Positions 17,968-28,132 are shown, numbered from the stretch's first letter. The stretch: DNA of 64,000 nt from Desulfurococcales archaeon (GCA_027002995.1 JALWZB010000052.1:196-64195); one strand, 5' to 3'. The notes: a model not told the origin generated them from the letters alone. A program made the numbers and translations.

Positions 17968-18746
17968 GGGCTCCTCACCCTTAAAACAATTGCCTTGTCT
18001 CTAAGCCCCTCCACCACTGCGTGTGTTTCCTCGCGCGTCGTCGCGGGTAGTTCCACGCCGTAGAGGGCGTGCCATAGCGCGTTGGCTAAGCGTAGCGCGG
18101 GGATCAGTCCCTGAAGCGTACCTCTCTCCTCCAGGGCTCTAAAGGCCGTCACTACCGCCATGCCTGCCAAGTGTGTTAGGGTGTTGACTTCGACGGGTTC
18201 GTCAAGCATGCTTAGGTCTCTGACTGCTACGGTGTTGATAGCGGTCGTGAACTCCCTTGAGGCTTCAATTATTCCTTCACCTGAACGCCATACGTACGGC
18301 CTGCTCTTAACGGCTGAGAATCTTAAGGCCTTAACACCGTCCCCCACGCCAAGCGCCGAGTCCACAGTGGTGGCTGCCCACAATATTTCCTCATCCACCC
18401 CACCACTTAGCGCCCCTACGACAGCGTTCGTTACCGCTACGTACGCGTAGGGCACGTAAGCCGTGTTCCCGACGTAAGCGGTGATCTCCACCGACGCGTT
18501 TATGCCGACCTCCTCAAGCAACTTCGAGTAGAAGTTAGTAATGATTTCAACTACCCCTTGAGGGATATTCGCGGGCAGTTTAAGGGATCTTCCTTCAGGG
18601 GTTACTTTAACCTCCACCATTACCCTGTTGGTCGTGGGCACTACTAAGACGGGGTTCTGCCTACCGGGTATCAGCACGTGTATTAGTGGGACGTGCTCGG
18701 TGAACTCATACTTAACCCTAACTACTTCTCCGCTCAACCACGGCAC
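17964..18746 (-). CDS. hypothetical protein directly upstream of ipk, the position mevalonate kinase occupies in many archaea
   Basis: 260-aa ORF; its stop overlaps the ipk start by 4 nt (TTGA); no PxGSGLGSSA or GEH GHMP motifs seen. Confidence 0.7.
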   Translation of the reverse strand: MPWLSGEVVRVKYEFTEHVPLIHVLIPGRQNPVLVVPTTNRVMVEVKVTPEGRSLKLPANIPQGVVEIITNFYSKLLEEVGINASVEITAYVGNTAYVPYAYVAVTNAVVGALSGGVDEEILWAATTVDSALGVGDGVKALRFSAVKSRPYVWRSGEGIIEASREFTTAINTVAVRDLSMLDEPVEVNTLTHLAGMAVVTAFRALEERGTLQGLIPALRLANALWHALYGVELPATTREETHAVVEGLRDKAIVLRVRSP

Positions 18747-18787
18747 CTACTTACTTCTTCGGCGGGGCGCTTATTTTGGGTACCGTG

Positions 18788-19636
18788 TTAGAGGGTCCTA
18801 GCCGCTGCGTACCCCACTACCCAGGCCTTCTCTCCCGTCACGTCACCTGACGTCGCGTACTTCAGTACCTCTCCCTTAGTCGCGCCCAAGGACTTGCTGA
18901 AGTACAGCATGACCATTGTGGGGCCGGGACCGCACATTGATATGTCCCTAGTGAGGACGGCGTCGTATAGTCCTTCAGGGTCTAAGGCCTCTATCCTGTC
19001 CAGTACTATGCGGTCCTTCCTCACCGCTAGTTCGTGTGGTTCGTAGTGACTCATGTCCGTTGACGCTATTACCATTACGTCCCTGCCCAGTTCCTTCGCT
19101 GCCTCAACTATTGCGTTGGCTAGGTCCTTAGCTATCTGAGGTGTTTGGTAGAGCATGGCTATCGGAACTATCGATACTTCACCGAAGATGTACTGTAAGA
19201 AGGGCAGCTGCACCTCTATGGAGTGCTCAGACTCGTGAGCCGACTTGTCGGGAGCAGTGACCTTCGACCTCCTGAGTATCTCCGCCGCTAACTCAGCATC
19301 CACTATGGCCTTGCCTAGTGGGGTTAGCCACTCACCGTCCGGGTATACCGCTACGGGAGCACCTCTCCCAGTATGATTTGGACCTAGAATGATGAAGGTG
19401 TCGGGCTTCCCTTCCTCAGCTATTTTGAGGTACGTGTGGGCTGCTATGGGTCCGCTGAACATGTAGCCTGCGTGGGGGGCTATGAAGCCCTTGCTTTCTG
19501 GCTTCCTGGTTCCGCTGGGTCTGGGTAGCTTACCGGGGCCTAGTTTATGTGTGAAGCACCACTCTATCCTAGACCTAAGCCTGTCTGGGTCCGCCTCGTA
19601 GAACTGCCCCGCGACTGCTGGGGGGCGTGTCACCAC
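18788..19636 (-). CDS. Memo-like / AmmeMemoRadiSam system protein B family
   Basis: 282-aa ORF; [34 protein letters not shown]. Confidence 0.85.
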   Translation of the reverse strand: MVTRPPAVAGQFYEADPDRLRSRIEWCFTHKLGPGKLPRPSGTRKPESKGFIAPHAGYMFSGPIAAHTYLKIAEEGKPDTFIILGPNHTGRGAPVAVYPDGEWLTPLGKAIVDAELAAEILRRSKVTAPDKSAHESEHSIEVQLPFLQYIFGEVSIVPIAMLYQTPQIAKDLANAIVEAAKELGRDVMVIASTDMSHYEPHELAVRKDRIVLDRIEALDPEGLYDAVLTRDISMCGPGPTMVMLYFSKSLGATKGEVLKYATSGDVTGEKAWVVGYAAARTL

Positions 19637-20265
19637 CTCATGGTCACCTTGGTCTCAAAAGAGTCTACGCTTACGGGTAGGTCACCGTCGGGCGGTATGA
19701 CTCCGCGCTCCCTCAGCACCTGCCTTGCTAGGAGCCAGTATATCAGTGCTAGGGACTTCCTACCCTTGTTGTTGCCGGGTATTACTAGGTCGACGCTGCT
19801 TAGCTTGGCATCGGTGCTCGCTATCGCTATTACCGGTATGCCTATCTTGGAGGCTTCTAGTATTGCTTGCTGATCTACTCTAGGGTCGGTCGCTATGAGT
19901 ATGTCTGGCTCGACGTAGTGCTTGAGCCAAGGGTTGGTTAGGGTTCCGGGTATGAACCTCCCAGTCACCGCCTTGCCGCCCGTCACCTCGGCGAACTTCC
20001 TTACGGGGGTGTAGCCGTACTGCCTTGCGGAGACCGCTAGGACGGCTTCCTGCGGGTACCTGGCTATGAACTTCGCCGCTATCCTTATTCGCTCGTCTAT
20101 CTTCCTTATGTCGAGGACATAGGGTCCCTCGGGCTTTTGCTTGTAGACGAACTTCTTCATGTGCTTCGTGCACATGTGGGTGCCTATGTGGACACCTGAC
20201 TCTAAATATACGTTTAGGGGAACTAGGAGTTCTATTGATCCACTTCTCTCACCTGACTCACTCAC
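19630..20265 (-). CDS. rps2: 30S ribosomal protein S2
   Basis: 211-aa ORF; [40 protein letters not shown]. Confidence 0.95.
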   Translation of the reverse strand: MSESGERSGSIELLVPLNVYLESGVHIGTHMCTKHMKKFVYKQKPEGPYVLDIRKIDERIRIAAKFIARYPQEAVLAVSARQYGYTPVRKFAEVTGGKAVTGRFIPGTLTNPWLKHYVEPDILIATDPRVDQQAILEASKIGIPVIAIASTDAKLSSVDLVIPGNNKGRKSLALIYWLLARQVLRERGVIPPDGDLPVSVDSFETKVTMRW

Positions 20266-20269
20266 GGCT

Positions 20270-20473
20270 TCACACCCTCCTCGTGTACATCACCATTTCC
20301 TCGATGAGGTTGACGTGTGAAATAAAGACGCGTCTACAGCAGTACCTCTTTATCCCTAGGCTGTCAAGAACTTCCTTTGGATCCTCCCCTCTCTTGACTC
20401 TCTCCGCGAATTGTTCCCACTTGTCCCCTATTACGGCGCCGCAGGTCGGGCACCTTACAGGTATTAGCACCAT
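20270..20473 (-). CDS. rpoN: DNA-directed RNA polymerase subunit N (Rpb10 homolog)
   Basis: 67-aa ORF; [24 protein letters not shown]. Confidence 0.95.
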   Translation of the reverse strand: MVLIPVRCPTCGAVIGDKWEQFAERVKRGEDPKEVLDSLGIKRYCCRRVFISHVNLIEEMVMYTRRV

Positions 20474-20480
20474 GCACGCA

Positions 20481-20912
20481 TCACCTGTATGACTTCTGCC
20501 TCCACCTCCTGGCGGAGTACCTCATCCACTTTTCTGGCTCCGTCCTTCTGGGGTCACCTGCCAGCATGGGGCGGCTATACTCCTTGTATATCCTTTTCAG
20601 CTCCTCGCTACCAGTGAACTCCACTAAGCCCCTAGCTATGGCTGTCCTCACGGCCTCGGCCTGAGCCATGAAGCCTCCTCCCTCAACGCTTACCTTGATA
20701 TCCACCTGATCCCAGATCTGTCTGCCTGCAAGTAGGAGGGGCTCCATCATCTTCAGCCTAGCCATCTCGACAGGCCATATTTCTAGGGGTATGCCGTTGA
20801 TCCATACTCTGCCCTTGCCTGGCTTGATTATTGCCCTAGCTATGGCAGTCTTCCTCTTCCCCGTTGCAATAACTATTTTTCCGGTTTCCTGCTTTGCACT
20901 CATCCTTTCCAC
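20481..20912 (-). CDS. rps9: 30S ribosomal protein S9
   Basis: 143-aa ORF; GKRKTAIARA, GGGFMAQAEAVRTAIARGL, C-terminal RRWRQKSYR. Confidence 0.95.
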   Translation of the reverse strand: MERMSAKQETGKIVIATGKRKTAIARAIIKPGKGRVWINGIPLEIWPVEMARLKMMEPLLLAGRQIWDQVDIKVSVEGGGFMAQAEAVRTAIARGLVEFTGSEELKRIYKEYSRPMLAGDPRRTEPEKWMRYSARRWRQKSYR

Positions 20913-21358
20913 CCCATGGCTCTCGCGACTTCCGCTAGGGTTACGTATTCCCTCCCGAGGCGGGAGGCATCCGCGTCCGGTACCTTAATGAATTCCTTCC
21001 CTCTTAACTCCTTCGGGACGCCGACATAGACCTTTAGGTTTGTTAGGGCTTCCCTGCCCTTCAGGAAGTTCTTAGGTAGCATTCCCTTGACGGCGCGCTT
21101 AAATAATAATTCGGGGCTTCTAGGCCTCTTCGGTGAGCGCTTCTGTGGGTTGCGTAAGGTCTTTATCCTTAGCCAGACCCTGTAACCCTCAATCACCATG
21201 TTCTTCTTCCCCGAGAGAATTGACTTCTCGACGTTAACTACGTACACTTTGAAGCCCTCCTGTAGAGCCTTAGCTACGTGGGTCGCTAACCTCCCTAGGA
21301 CCGCGCCTTCCGCGTCTATTATTATTGTTCTCTTCAGCTTGGGTTTCCCCTCACTCAT
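20900..21358 (-). CDS. rpl13: 50S ribosomal protein L13
   Basis: 152-aa ORF; IIDAEGAVLGRLATHVAKAL, AVKGMLPKN. Confidence 0.95.
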   Translation of the reverse strand: MSEGKPKLKRTIIIDAEGAVLGRLATHVAKALQEGFKVYVVNVEKSILSGKKNMVIEGYRVWLRIKTLRNPQKRSPKRPRSPELLFKRAVKGMLPKNFLKGREALTNLKVYVGVPKELRGKEFIKVPDADASRLGREYVTLAEVARAMGWKG

Positions 21359-21732
21359 TACGCCATCACCCTAACGCCACTTCCTTTCGGGTTCTCACGA
21401 ATTAAGTCTTCTATGGTTATTGCTTTACCGCCAGCCGCCTTTATTTTGAGGAGGGCTGACTCGCTGAATGCGTAGGCGGCGACCGTTACTTTCTTCGTTA
21501 GGGTTCCTGCACCTAGGACTTTGCCTGGAACAACTATGGTTTCACCTTCCTTGGCGTAGCGTTCTATACGGGAGACGTTAACCACTACCCTCCTCCTAGC
21601 GGGTCTTGAGAGTAGTTCCGCGACGTAATCCCATATTGGTGCGTTATTCTCATTTGCAGCCTTCTTGAGTTTCCTTATGAGTTTCCTTAGCACTATGTTC
21701 GTTGGACCCGTTCTCCTGACCATGTGACTCAC
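21358..21732 (-). CDS. rpl18e: 50S ribosomal protein L18e
   Basis: 124-aa ORF; RRTGPTNIVLRKLIRKLKK, VVVNVSRIERYAKEGETIVVPGKVLG. Confidence 0.93.
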   Translation of the reverse strand: MSHMVRRTGPTNIVLRKLIRKLKKAANENNAPIWDYVAELLSRPARRRVVVNVSRIERYAKEGETIVVPGKVLGAGTLTKKVTVAAYAFSESALLKIKAAGGKAITIEDLIRENPKGSGVRVMA

Positions 21733-22574
21733 CCTCCTGCCCCCTCAATTCCTTCAATCTTGCTTAAAAGTGTGTCCAGCTTGCGGATTATTTCCTTCAC
21801 GGCCTCAACAACTATGGTTTCGGGTTTGAGCGCACCTGACGACTCGATGTAGAGCCTGTACTCGTTCGGTCTCGCCCTAAGCGTTATTGCGTCGTGCTCA
21901 CATACCCTGACACACTGGCGACAGAAAGTGCATTTGTCGTTGTCGGCCACCAGCTTTCCTCCCTCGATCCTTAGGGCGCCTGTCGGGCAGTACCTGACGC
22001 AGGCTCCGCAGAGGGTGCAGTCCTCCTCACTCACCTTTATGTCGGCAACGTATGTTGAGACTGCCACGGTCGCTGGGGACCACTTTATGTGCTCAACTCC
22101 CCTGCCTAGGCGTGCGTAGGCTTCAAGCTCTATTCGCTGTCCAGGGCCGAGCACGACTATTGGGACGCGTTCCGTGACTGGCTTGACATTGGGGTCGGTT
22201 ATTGGTCTCAGCTCACCTGAGTAAACAGTCTTGATTTCGTCCTCCCCAGCTTCAGCCTCAAGCATTAGTATGGCGTAGCATTCCGGGTCATTCTCAGCTT
22301 CCGGCTCCTTGCATTCCTCGGGTTGCTTATACCTCTTGATGGCTTCCTCAGATGTTAGTGGAATTAGCCCTATTCTGTGGGCTATGATTTCGTCGTGAAG
22401 TACTGAGGTGTTAGTGCGGAAGTAAATGAAGTCAACAGCCATTGAGGGGACATACTCTAGGGTTGCTCTCCTAACAGCGTTTACAAGGGGTAGCGGGACA
22501 TTTTTGAGGTGTAGTTTCACGTGCGTGTCGTTTCTCTCTAAAACCCTAATTTCTGGTTTCCCTTCATTATTCAT
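21729..22574 (-). CDS. rpoD: DNA-directed RNA polymerase subunit D (Rpb3 homolog) with ferredoxin-like Cys clusters
   Basis: 281-aa ORF; VNAVRRATLEYVPSMA, CTLCGACVRYCP and CTFCRQCVRVCE. Confidence 0.93.
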   Translation of the reverse strand: MNNEGKPEIRVLERNDTHVKLHLKNVPLPLVNAVRRATLEYVPSMAVDFIYFRTNTSVLHDEIIAHRIGLIPLTSEEAIKRYKQPEECKEPEAENDPECYAILMLEAEAGEDEIKTVYSGELRPITDPNVKPVTERVPIVVLGPGQRIELEAYARLGRGVEHIKWSPATVAVSTYVADIKVSEEDCTLCGACVRYCPTGALRIEGGKLVADNDKCTFCRQCVRVCEHDAITLRARPNEYRLYIESSGALKPETIVVEAVKEIIRKLDTLLSKIEGIEGAGG

Positions 22575-22586
22575 TGCCCGGCACCT

Positions 22587-22988
22587 TCAGACTCTCCTTC
22601 CTCTCCTGCCGCCGGGTCTCCTCGTTGTGTCGTGAGGTATTGGCGTCACGTCCTCTATCCTCCCTATAATGAAGCCGGCCCTCGCTAGGGCTCTGATTGC
22701 TGCTTGGGCTCCGGGTCCAGGTATCTTGGGTCCGTGACCTCCAGGGCCTCTGACTTTAATGTGTATGGCCATTATGCCCTTTTCCATTGCCTGTTGTGCC
22801 GCCCTGTACGCGATCATCATGGCTACGTAGGGTGACGGCTTCTCCCTATCTGCCCTAACAACCATTCCCCCTGACATCCTGGCGACCGTCTCTGCGCCAC
22901 TTAAGTCGGTTATGTGGACTATCGTGTTGTTAAAGGAACTAAATATGTGTGCGACGCCCCACTTAATCTCCCTTGATGCGAACGCCAT
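22587..22988 (-). CDS. rps11: 30S ribosomal protein S11
   Basis: 133-aa ORF; [33 protein letters not shown]. Confidence 0.95.
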   Translation of the reverse strand: MAFASREIKWGVAHIFSSFNNTIVHITDLSGAETVARMSGGMVVRADREKPSPYVAMMIAYRAAQQAMEKGIMAIHIKVRGPGGHGPKIPGPGAQAAIRALARAGFIIGRIEDVTPIPHDTTRRPGGRRGRRV

Positions 22989-23007
22989 GCGTGATCACCT
23001 CTATCCA

Positions 23008-23559
23008 TCATGCTTGAGTGGTGAGTGCCTTGGCCTCCCCCTCCTGCTGGGCTAGCCTTTCCTTGATCCTTTGGGCTAGGGGGGAGCCGGGCGCTATGTC
23101 TATTAGGTCTTCCTCCTCCCTCGTGACTAGGTAGCCCGGGGACGTTACTCTACGGCCCGCTATGGCTATGTGGCCGTGCACTATTAGTTGCCTTGCCTCA
23201 TGGATCGTTCTGGCGAAGCCCTTCCTGTAAACTATTGTCTGTAACCTCCTCTCGAGGACGTGCTCTGTGGTTAAGCCAAGGATCTCGTCGATAGTTGCTG
23301 ACTCGCTCTCAAGTAAGCCCATGTGGTAGAGCTTCCTTATTAGCTCGGCCTCCCTAGCGGCTCTAATCTCTGGTGGGAGTGATAGGAGTGCCTTCGCCTT
23401 CTCTCTGATCCTCCTGAGGAGTGTTTGAGCTTTCCAGATCTCCCTCTTGTTCCTTAAACCGTACTTACCCAGTAGCTCCATCTCCTCAAGTAGCCTCTCC
23501 TTGATCCATGGGTGCCCGGGACGTTCCCACTTTTTCCTCGGCTTCTTTGGATCACCCAC
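23008..23559 (-). CDS. rps4: 30S ribosomal protein S4
   Basis: 183-aa ORF; S4 RNA-binding domain [37 protein letters not shown]; GGAGGTGATC SD upstream. Confidence 0.95.
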   Translation of the reverse strand: MGDPKKPRKKWERPGHPWIKERLLEEMELLGKYGLRNKREIWKAQTLLRRIREKAKALLSLPPEIRAAREAELIRKLYHMGLLESESATIDEILGLTTEHVLERRLQTIVYRKGFARTIHEARQLIVHGHIAIAGRRVTSPGYLVTREEEDLIDIAPGSPLAQRIKERLAQQEGEAKALTTQA

Positions 23560-23574
23560 CCACGATCACCTCCA

Positions 23575-24027
23575 TCACTTCTTGCCCTTCGTCACGCCAA
23601 CAACTGGGCCGAGCCTGCCGGTTGTATGTGTCCTCTGTCCCCTTACCTTTAGTCCTAGTGAGTGCCTTATGCCTCTCCAGCACCTTATCCTCTTTAAACG
23701 CTCTATGTCCTGCCTTGCCTCGTAGATTAGGTCAGCGCCAATTAAGTGCCTGTCCTCGCCCGTCACGTAGTCCTTCCTCCTGTTGAGGTACCATGAAGGT
23801 AAGCCAATAGCCTTCGGATTCTTGACGGCTTCTTCTATCTTGGCTACGTCCTCCTCACTGAGGTAACCTATCCTTAGCCTGGGGTCTAGGCCGAGCTTCC
23901 TTGCTATAGCTAGGCCTGTGTGGTAGCCTATCCCCTTAATCTTAGCTAGGCCATACGCGAGGGGGAGTTCCCCCTCAACGTCAACGCCGGCGATCCTGAC
24001 TATGTGCTTGTATGTTTCCTCAGGCAT
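23575..24027 (-). CDS. rps13: 30S ribosomal protein S13
   Basis: IVRIAGVDVEGELPL, KRIRCWRGIRHSLGLKVRGQRT; start taken at ATG 24027 (MPEETYKH), while the track offers an alternative start at 24057. Confidence 0.93.
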   Translation of the reverse strand: MPEETYKHIVRIAGVDVEGELPLAYGLAKIKGIGYHTGLAIARKLGLDPRLRIGYLSEEDVAKIEEAVKNPKAIGLPSWYLNRRKDYVTGEDRHLIGADLIYEARQDIERLKRIRCWRGIRHSLGLKVRGQRTHTTGRLGPVVGVTKGKK

Positions 24028-24102
24028 GATTACTACACCCACGCACCTACCAACCAAGACAGAACATAGTATTTAAGTTTTAAAGGTTGTTCGGCCCGTG
24101 TA

Positions 24103-24891
24103 TCACGTGCTTAGGGGCTTAATGGCCTCCTTTGGATTTATTGAGGTTAGCCTGTAGGCCTCCGTTACGTACCCTTTCCTTACGAGTGCTTCGTAAGTTT
24201 CAGCCACGGCTAGCGGATTTGAGGGATCCCTCCCAGCGTCGCTGTTCACTACTACGTGGCTAAGTACGTCGGGTATGGACTCTACTAAATATTCTAGGTC
24301 CTGCACGCTTGCCTTGCCTGGCTGGATCGTTATGCCTGCCCATGCCCCCAACCCAATCACCTCATTCAGTAGTGCGGGTTCCGGGGTTAGGTGGTCTATG
24401 ATCACGTTCTCGGGCTTGATGCCCGATTCCTTAACCGCGTTGATTATTACTTTAAGCACTTCCCTCTTCCGGTTGCGTGGCGTGTGTATTACCGCTGTTA
24501 GGTCAGCTTCCTTAGCCATGATTAGCTGAGCCCTCAGCACCTCGGCCTCAAGGTTGGAGTCCGGGTTCTCGATCCCTACCTCTCCCAGCACCTGCGCCTT
24601 AGGTAGCCACTTCCTCACAACCTCTAACTGGGCGGATGCATGCTCCGGCTTAATGCACCTAGGGTGCAGGCCCACACCCACAATCACCCTCAACCCCAGG
24701 GACTTGAGCCTCGCCACCTCCGCCCCCAAGTGAGTGAAGTGATCCTCCAGCGACGCTGGGTGCGAGGGCACATAGGGAGTGTAGGCTAACGTGACTACCG
24801 CTTCGTAACCTGCTTCCGCTAGATAGGTTAAGTCCCTCCAGCTAAGGAAAGCTGTGTGCATATGCGGGTCAATTAACCCCGTCTTAACCAC
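24103..24891 (-). CDS. TatD-related metal-dependent hydrolase (amidohydrolase fold)
   Basis: 262-aa ORF; N-terminal LIDPHMH metal-binding motif, later HTPR and DH motifs. Confidence 0.7.
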   Translation of the reverse strand: MVKTGLIDPHMHTAFLSWRDLTYLAEAGYEAVVTLAYTPYVPSHPASLEDHFTHLGAEVARLKSLGLRVIVGVGLHPRCIKPEHASAQLEVVRKWLPKAQVLGEVGIENPDSNLEAEVLRAQLIMAKEADLTAVIHTPRNRKREVLKVIINAVKESGIKPENVIIDHLTPEPALLNEVIGLGAWAGITIQPGKASVQDLEYLVESIPDVLSHVVVNSDAGRDPSNPLAVAETYEALVRKGYVTEAYRLTSINPKEAIKPLST

Positions 24892-25055
24892 CGTTCCGTA
24901 ATGGCTGGTGAGGCATTAACCCTTGCGCTCACTAAAGATACGTTAACTCATATGCATGGGGCTTAAAGCAAGGTAACTACAAGTTAAGGCTAAGGATAGG
25001 GTTCTAATGCGTAACGACACGACTTTTGGAAGCAGAAGTTGCTGGTTTGCTCTTC

Positions 25056-26168
25056 TCATACCTTCTTCTCAGCGCTTGCTTTAGTTCTCGCTTCCCTCCT
25101 TACCCTCCCTGTTTCTCTCCGTTTCTTGGCTTCCTTCCTTATTAGTGTCTCCATGGCTTTCAGCGCTACTCTAACCGCCACTTCCCTCGGTAGTCCCAGC
25201 TTGATGCTTGGTGGATGATGTGGTCCCGTAAGCATCGGTGGGTGCCGCGAGCCTCGCTCAGGGGACGGTATTCCAGGGGCCAGCTCCTCTAACATTGTTG
25301 CAAGTCTCCTCGAGGAATGCTTGGCAGCTGGGCCCGTTACCGTGGTTGCAGCCTTAGCCACCCCACCCTCCTCTAGGATCACGACCACATACGCGGTGCT
25401 TGGTTTATCCAGTAGCTCCTGCGTTATAACTGCGGTTCCATACCTCGCAGGCCTAGCGATCCATCCATCAACGACTAGTTTCGACCCATCATCACCCACG
25501 ACTACGTATCCCATAACACCTCCTAAGCCCACCTGTGCCTCAATCTTAGCGACGTGTCCACAAGCCCTAACAACGCGTTCACCAACACTTCCCAGCACCT
25601 CAAGAACCTCCTCAACACCCTCTAAACCTCGGGAAGCATGATATCTCCACCCCATGTCCTCGGCAAGGGCTGAAAGCCCCACAAACCTGGGATCCCTCAT
25701 AAGGGATGGTGGTGGTGGAAACATCGTTATGGCGGATTCAACAGACTCAGTAAAGTCCATTACAGAGGAAGGCATAGGAAGCCCAACAATAAGGGAAACG
25801 ACGCCCGCAGACCCGCACTTAACCGACCCAAACCTATAAACACTGGCCACGCTCCCACCCCTAAACAGGATCGCTAAGCCATGCCCACCCTCATCAACAC
25901 CTAACGCAAGAGCCTCAACACAACAACCGCTAACTAAGCCAACACCTGGTGGGGGAGCACCCACAAAAACAACCCTCCCGCCGCCAGGAAACGAAGTAGC
26001 GCTACCCAAACCAACGGGTTCAATGGAACCCCTCAAACCACCCTCAACTAGGAGGGCAGCACCAACGAAATCACCCCACCTCAAACCAAACAAACAACCC
26101 TGACAGCCTAACACAAAACCACGAAGAAAGGAAATATCTGAATGAGGGATTAATCCCACACCATGCAC
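25056..26168 (-). CDS. orphan hypothetical protein (370 aa)
   Basis: Long ORF; the N-terminal third is Gly/Val/Leu-rich and coincides with a G+T-skewed coding strand; ordinary-looking middle domain; strongly basic tail KEAKKRRETGRVRREARTK; no family recognised. Confidence 0.5.
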   Translation of the reverse strand: MHGVGLIPHSDISFLRGFVLGCQGCLFGLRWGDFVGAALLVEGGLRGSIEPVGLGSATSFPGGGRVVFVGAPPPGVGLVSGCCVEALALGVDEGGHGLAILFRGGSVASVYRFGSVKCGSAGVVSLIVGLPMPSSVMDFTESVESAITMFPPPPSLMRDPRFVGLSALAEDMGWRYHASRGLEGVEEVLEVLGSVGERVVRACGHVAKIEAQVGLGGVMGYVVVGDDGSKLVVDGWIARPARYGTAVITQELLDKPSTAYVVVILEEGGVAKAATTVTGPAAKHSSRRLATMLEELAPGIPSPERGSRHPPMLTGPHHPPSIKLGLPREVAVRVALKAMETLIRKEAKKRRETGRVRREARTKASAEKKV

Positions 26169-26280
26169 CTACCACCAAACGCGCAAACAAGCCATAAACC
26201 TAACTAACCACAATACAAAAAACGCAAAAGAAAACAAACAACACTAGAACCTAAAAGTCAAACCACTCAACAACACTACT
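25860..26280. other. strand-asymmetric A+C-rich tract (plus strand)
   Basis: Hand count: 100 of 120 nt are A or C in 26161-26280 and 89 of 120 in 26041-26160. The tract covers the 5' part of the 370-aa ORF and continues about 110 nt upstream of its ATG. Confidence 0.7.
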
Positions 26281-26525
26281 TACTGGAAGTAGGTAGGGCT
26301 CGGTCTCCAAGTTATATCATCTTAGGCCGAAAGTGCTTTGCTACCTTTACCTTCTTAATAATAAAAATGGAACTTATAAGAGCGCGTCACCAAACAATTT
26401 TCTTCATGGAACGAAAACAAAGCCGTTTTCGTAAGGTAGTGATGTTGCCGTTCAAAGTAGTGCTCAGCCCGCAATCGCGTCTTAGCAATCTAGCACATAG
26501 TGATGAACTATCTCTACGGACTCTG

Positions 26526-27971
26526 TTACCTGCCTGTTGCTTTCTTAGCTATAGTGGTGATCATGTTTGTTACTTCCCTTAGGTTTACGGTTTTTGTTAT
26601 GTGTATTGCTACTAGGGTTGTTGCTGCGGCGGCCACCGCTGTGGTCGCTGCCTGTGCTAGTGTCGGACTGGGCGTTAGGGTTAGGGCTATGAGTGTTAGC
26701 GTGGATTGAGTGCCCCAAGTTACTAGGAGTGGTTTCAGGGTTCCGGGCGCTTTCCTTGCGGCTATGGGTAGTGGGGTTATGTTAGCTACTAGGTAAGCTA
26801 GGGCTACTCCATCTGTACCTGCCACCTGCGCTAATGGTGGGAGGAGTGCTAGTAAGGTGATGAGTCGCGCTATACCTAGCGCGGCTATCGTTTTGTGGTT
26901 GCCTTCTTTGTTTGCCTTCATTAGGGCGGCCGTGGCTACAGCTGTTGGGGGTATTGTTAGGGTCAATATAGTTAGGGTTGACGCCCCCTTAACCAAGGCT
27001 GGGTTGATGAGGTAGAGAGGTAGAAGAGGTGCGACCGACACCGCCGTTGCGAGGGGGGTGGCGATAGCGAGGGCAAGCCTTAGCGTTTCAGTGAATGGAT
27101 CCATGCCTCTCCTCAGGCTGACTGAGAGAGAGGCATTAAGGGCCGAACCCACGACCGCGTTTAGGATTAGAACGATCATTAAGGAGAGGTAGAGGGTGCC
27201 AGTATCCACAGCCTTACCGGTGAGGATCGCGAAAAAGTACACGCTAAGCATGTTGAGGATCTGCGTGGAAAAGAGGAAGGGGTAGTTGGAGTAGGTTAGC
27301 TTAAGGAGAGGTAGCACACCACTGCCTAAGGATCCCCCACCCCTAGGATCCCCGTGGGGTCGGGTAAAGTACGTGGTGGCGAGGAAGTAGGCAGTGACAA
27401 ACAACACGACGAGAGGGTAAGCGACATACCCTAGGAGAGGGGCTAGGGCACCCCAACCCAGTAAAGCTAGCCCAACACCCACCACAACCTTGGCGAGAGA
27501 TGCGGCTAGAGTTGAGGCGAAGTACTCCATGAAGCGCCCGAGCCCGACAAGGGCTTGAAGTCCGGCCATACTCATGATCGTCATTAAGGATAGGGTCGGC
27601 GGGACCCATAGGGGAACACCGAAGCTGAGAGGTAGGGCAGTAACCATTAGGGTGGCGGTAAGGGCTGAGGCAACACCTAACACAAGGGTCACAAGAACTG
27701 CTGAGGGGAGCACCTTGAGTCCCTTTGCGGCGAACTCACGCATGATAGCTATGGGTAGACCTGCAGCGATGAGGGTTGAGGCCACACCTGCAGCGCTTAC
27801 TGCGGCCGAGGTGACGCCCACGACCTCGACGCCTAGGAGGCGAGAAACAATTACCCATAGGACGAAGCCTGAGGCCGAGATCACGAGGGTCGCGAAGAAG
27901 ATCCATGCACCACCAACGACAACCTCAGTGATACCGAAGTCATCACTAATTGCTAACCACCTCACCAGCAC
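26526..27971 (-). CDS. polytopic membrane protein, probable oligosaccharide flippase (MOP/Wzx-like)
   Basis: 481-aa ORF that is hydrophobic throughout (about 12-14 predicted TM segments by eye); sits in a glycan-locus context. Confidence 0.55.
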   Translation of the reverse strand: MLVRWLAISDDFGITEVVVGGAWIFFATLVISASGFVLWVIVSRLLGVEVVGVTSAAVSAAGVASTLIAAGLPIAIMREFAAKGLKVLPSAVLVTLVLGVASALTATLMVTALPLSFGVPLWVPPTLSLMTIMSMAGLQALVGLGRFMEYFASTLAASLAKVVVGVGLALLGWGALAPLLGYVAYPLVVLFVTAYFLATTYFTRPHGDPRGGGSLGSGVLPLLKLTYSNYPFLFSTQILNMLSVYFFAILTGKAVDTGTLYLSLMIVLILNAVVGSALNASLSVSLRRGMDPFTETLRLALAIATPLATAVSVAPLLPLYLINPALVKGASTLTILTLTIPPTAVATAALMKANKEGNHKTIAALGIARLITLLALLPPLAQVAGTDGVALAYLVANITPLPIAARKAPGTLKPLLVTWGTQSTLTLIALTLTPSPTLAQAATTAVAAAATTLVAIHITKTVNLREVTNMITTIAKKATGR

Positions 27972-28132
27972 CTCAAATCTCTACACTGGGATGACTAATT
28001 AAAGGTACTACATAAGTAATACAAACGAACGAAGTAAACAGGATTGAAGCACATAACTCAAGAAAGGACACGTTATTTTTAATCATCTCTTGGTAGGAAC
28101 GTTTATATGTAATTATGCCTAAAGAATAGGTA

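Noticed and set aside
25321-25839. Plus-strand ORFs (106 and 61 aa) and a long start-less open frame through the A+C tract that encodes Pro/Thr/Lys-rich sequence
   Set aside because: Open frames are an expected by-product of the extreme A+C bias, which produces few stop codons. There is no start codon and no motif support.
26439-26522. GTGATGT (26439) and GTGATGA (26500) in the long intergenic region, possible C/D boxes
   Set aside because: Neither is followed by CUGA or GUGA at 11-14 nt, and the two are 60 nt apart. No consistent four-box arrangement exists on either strand.
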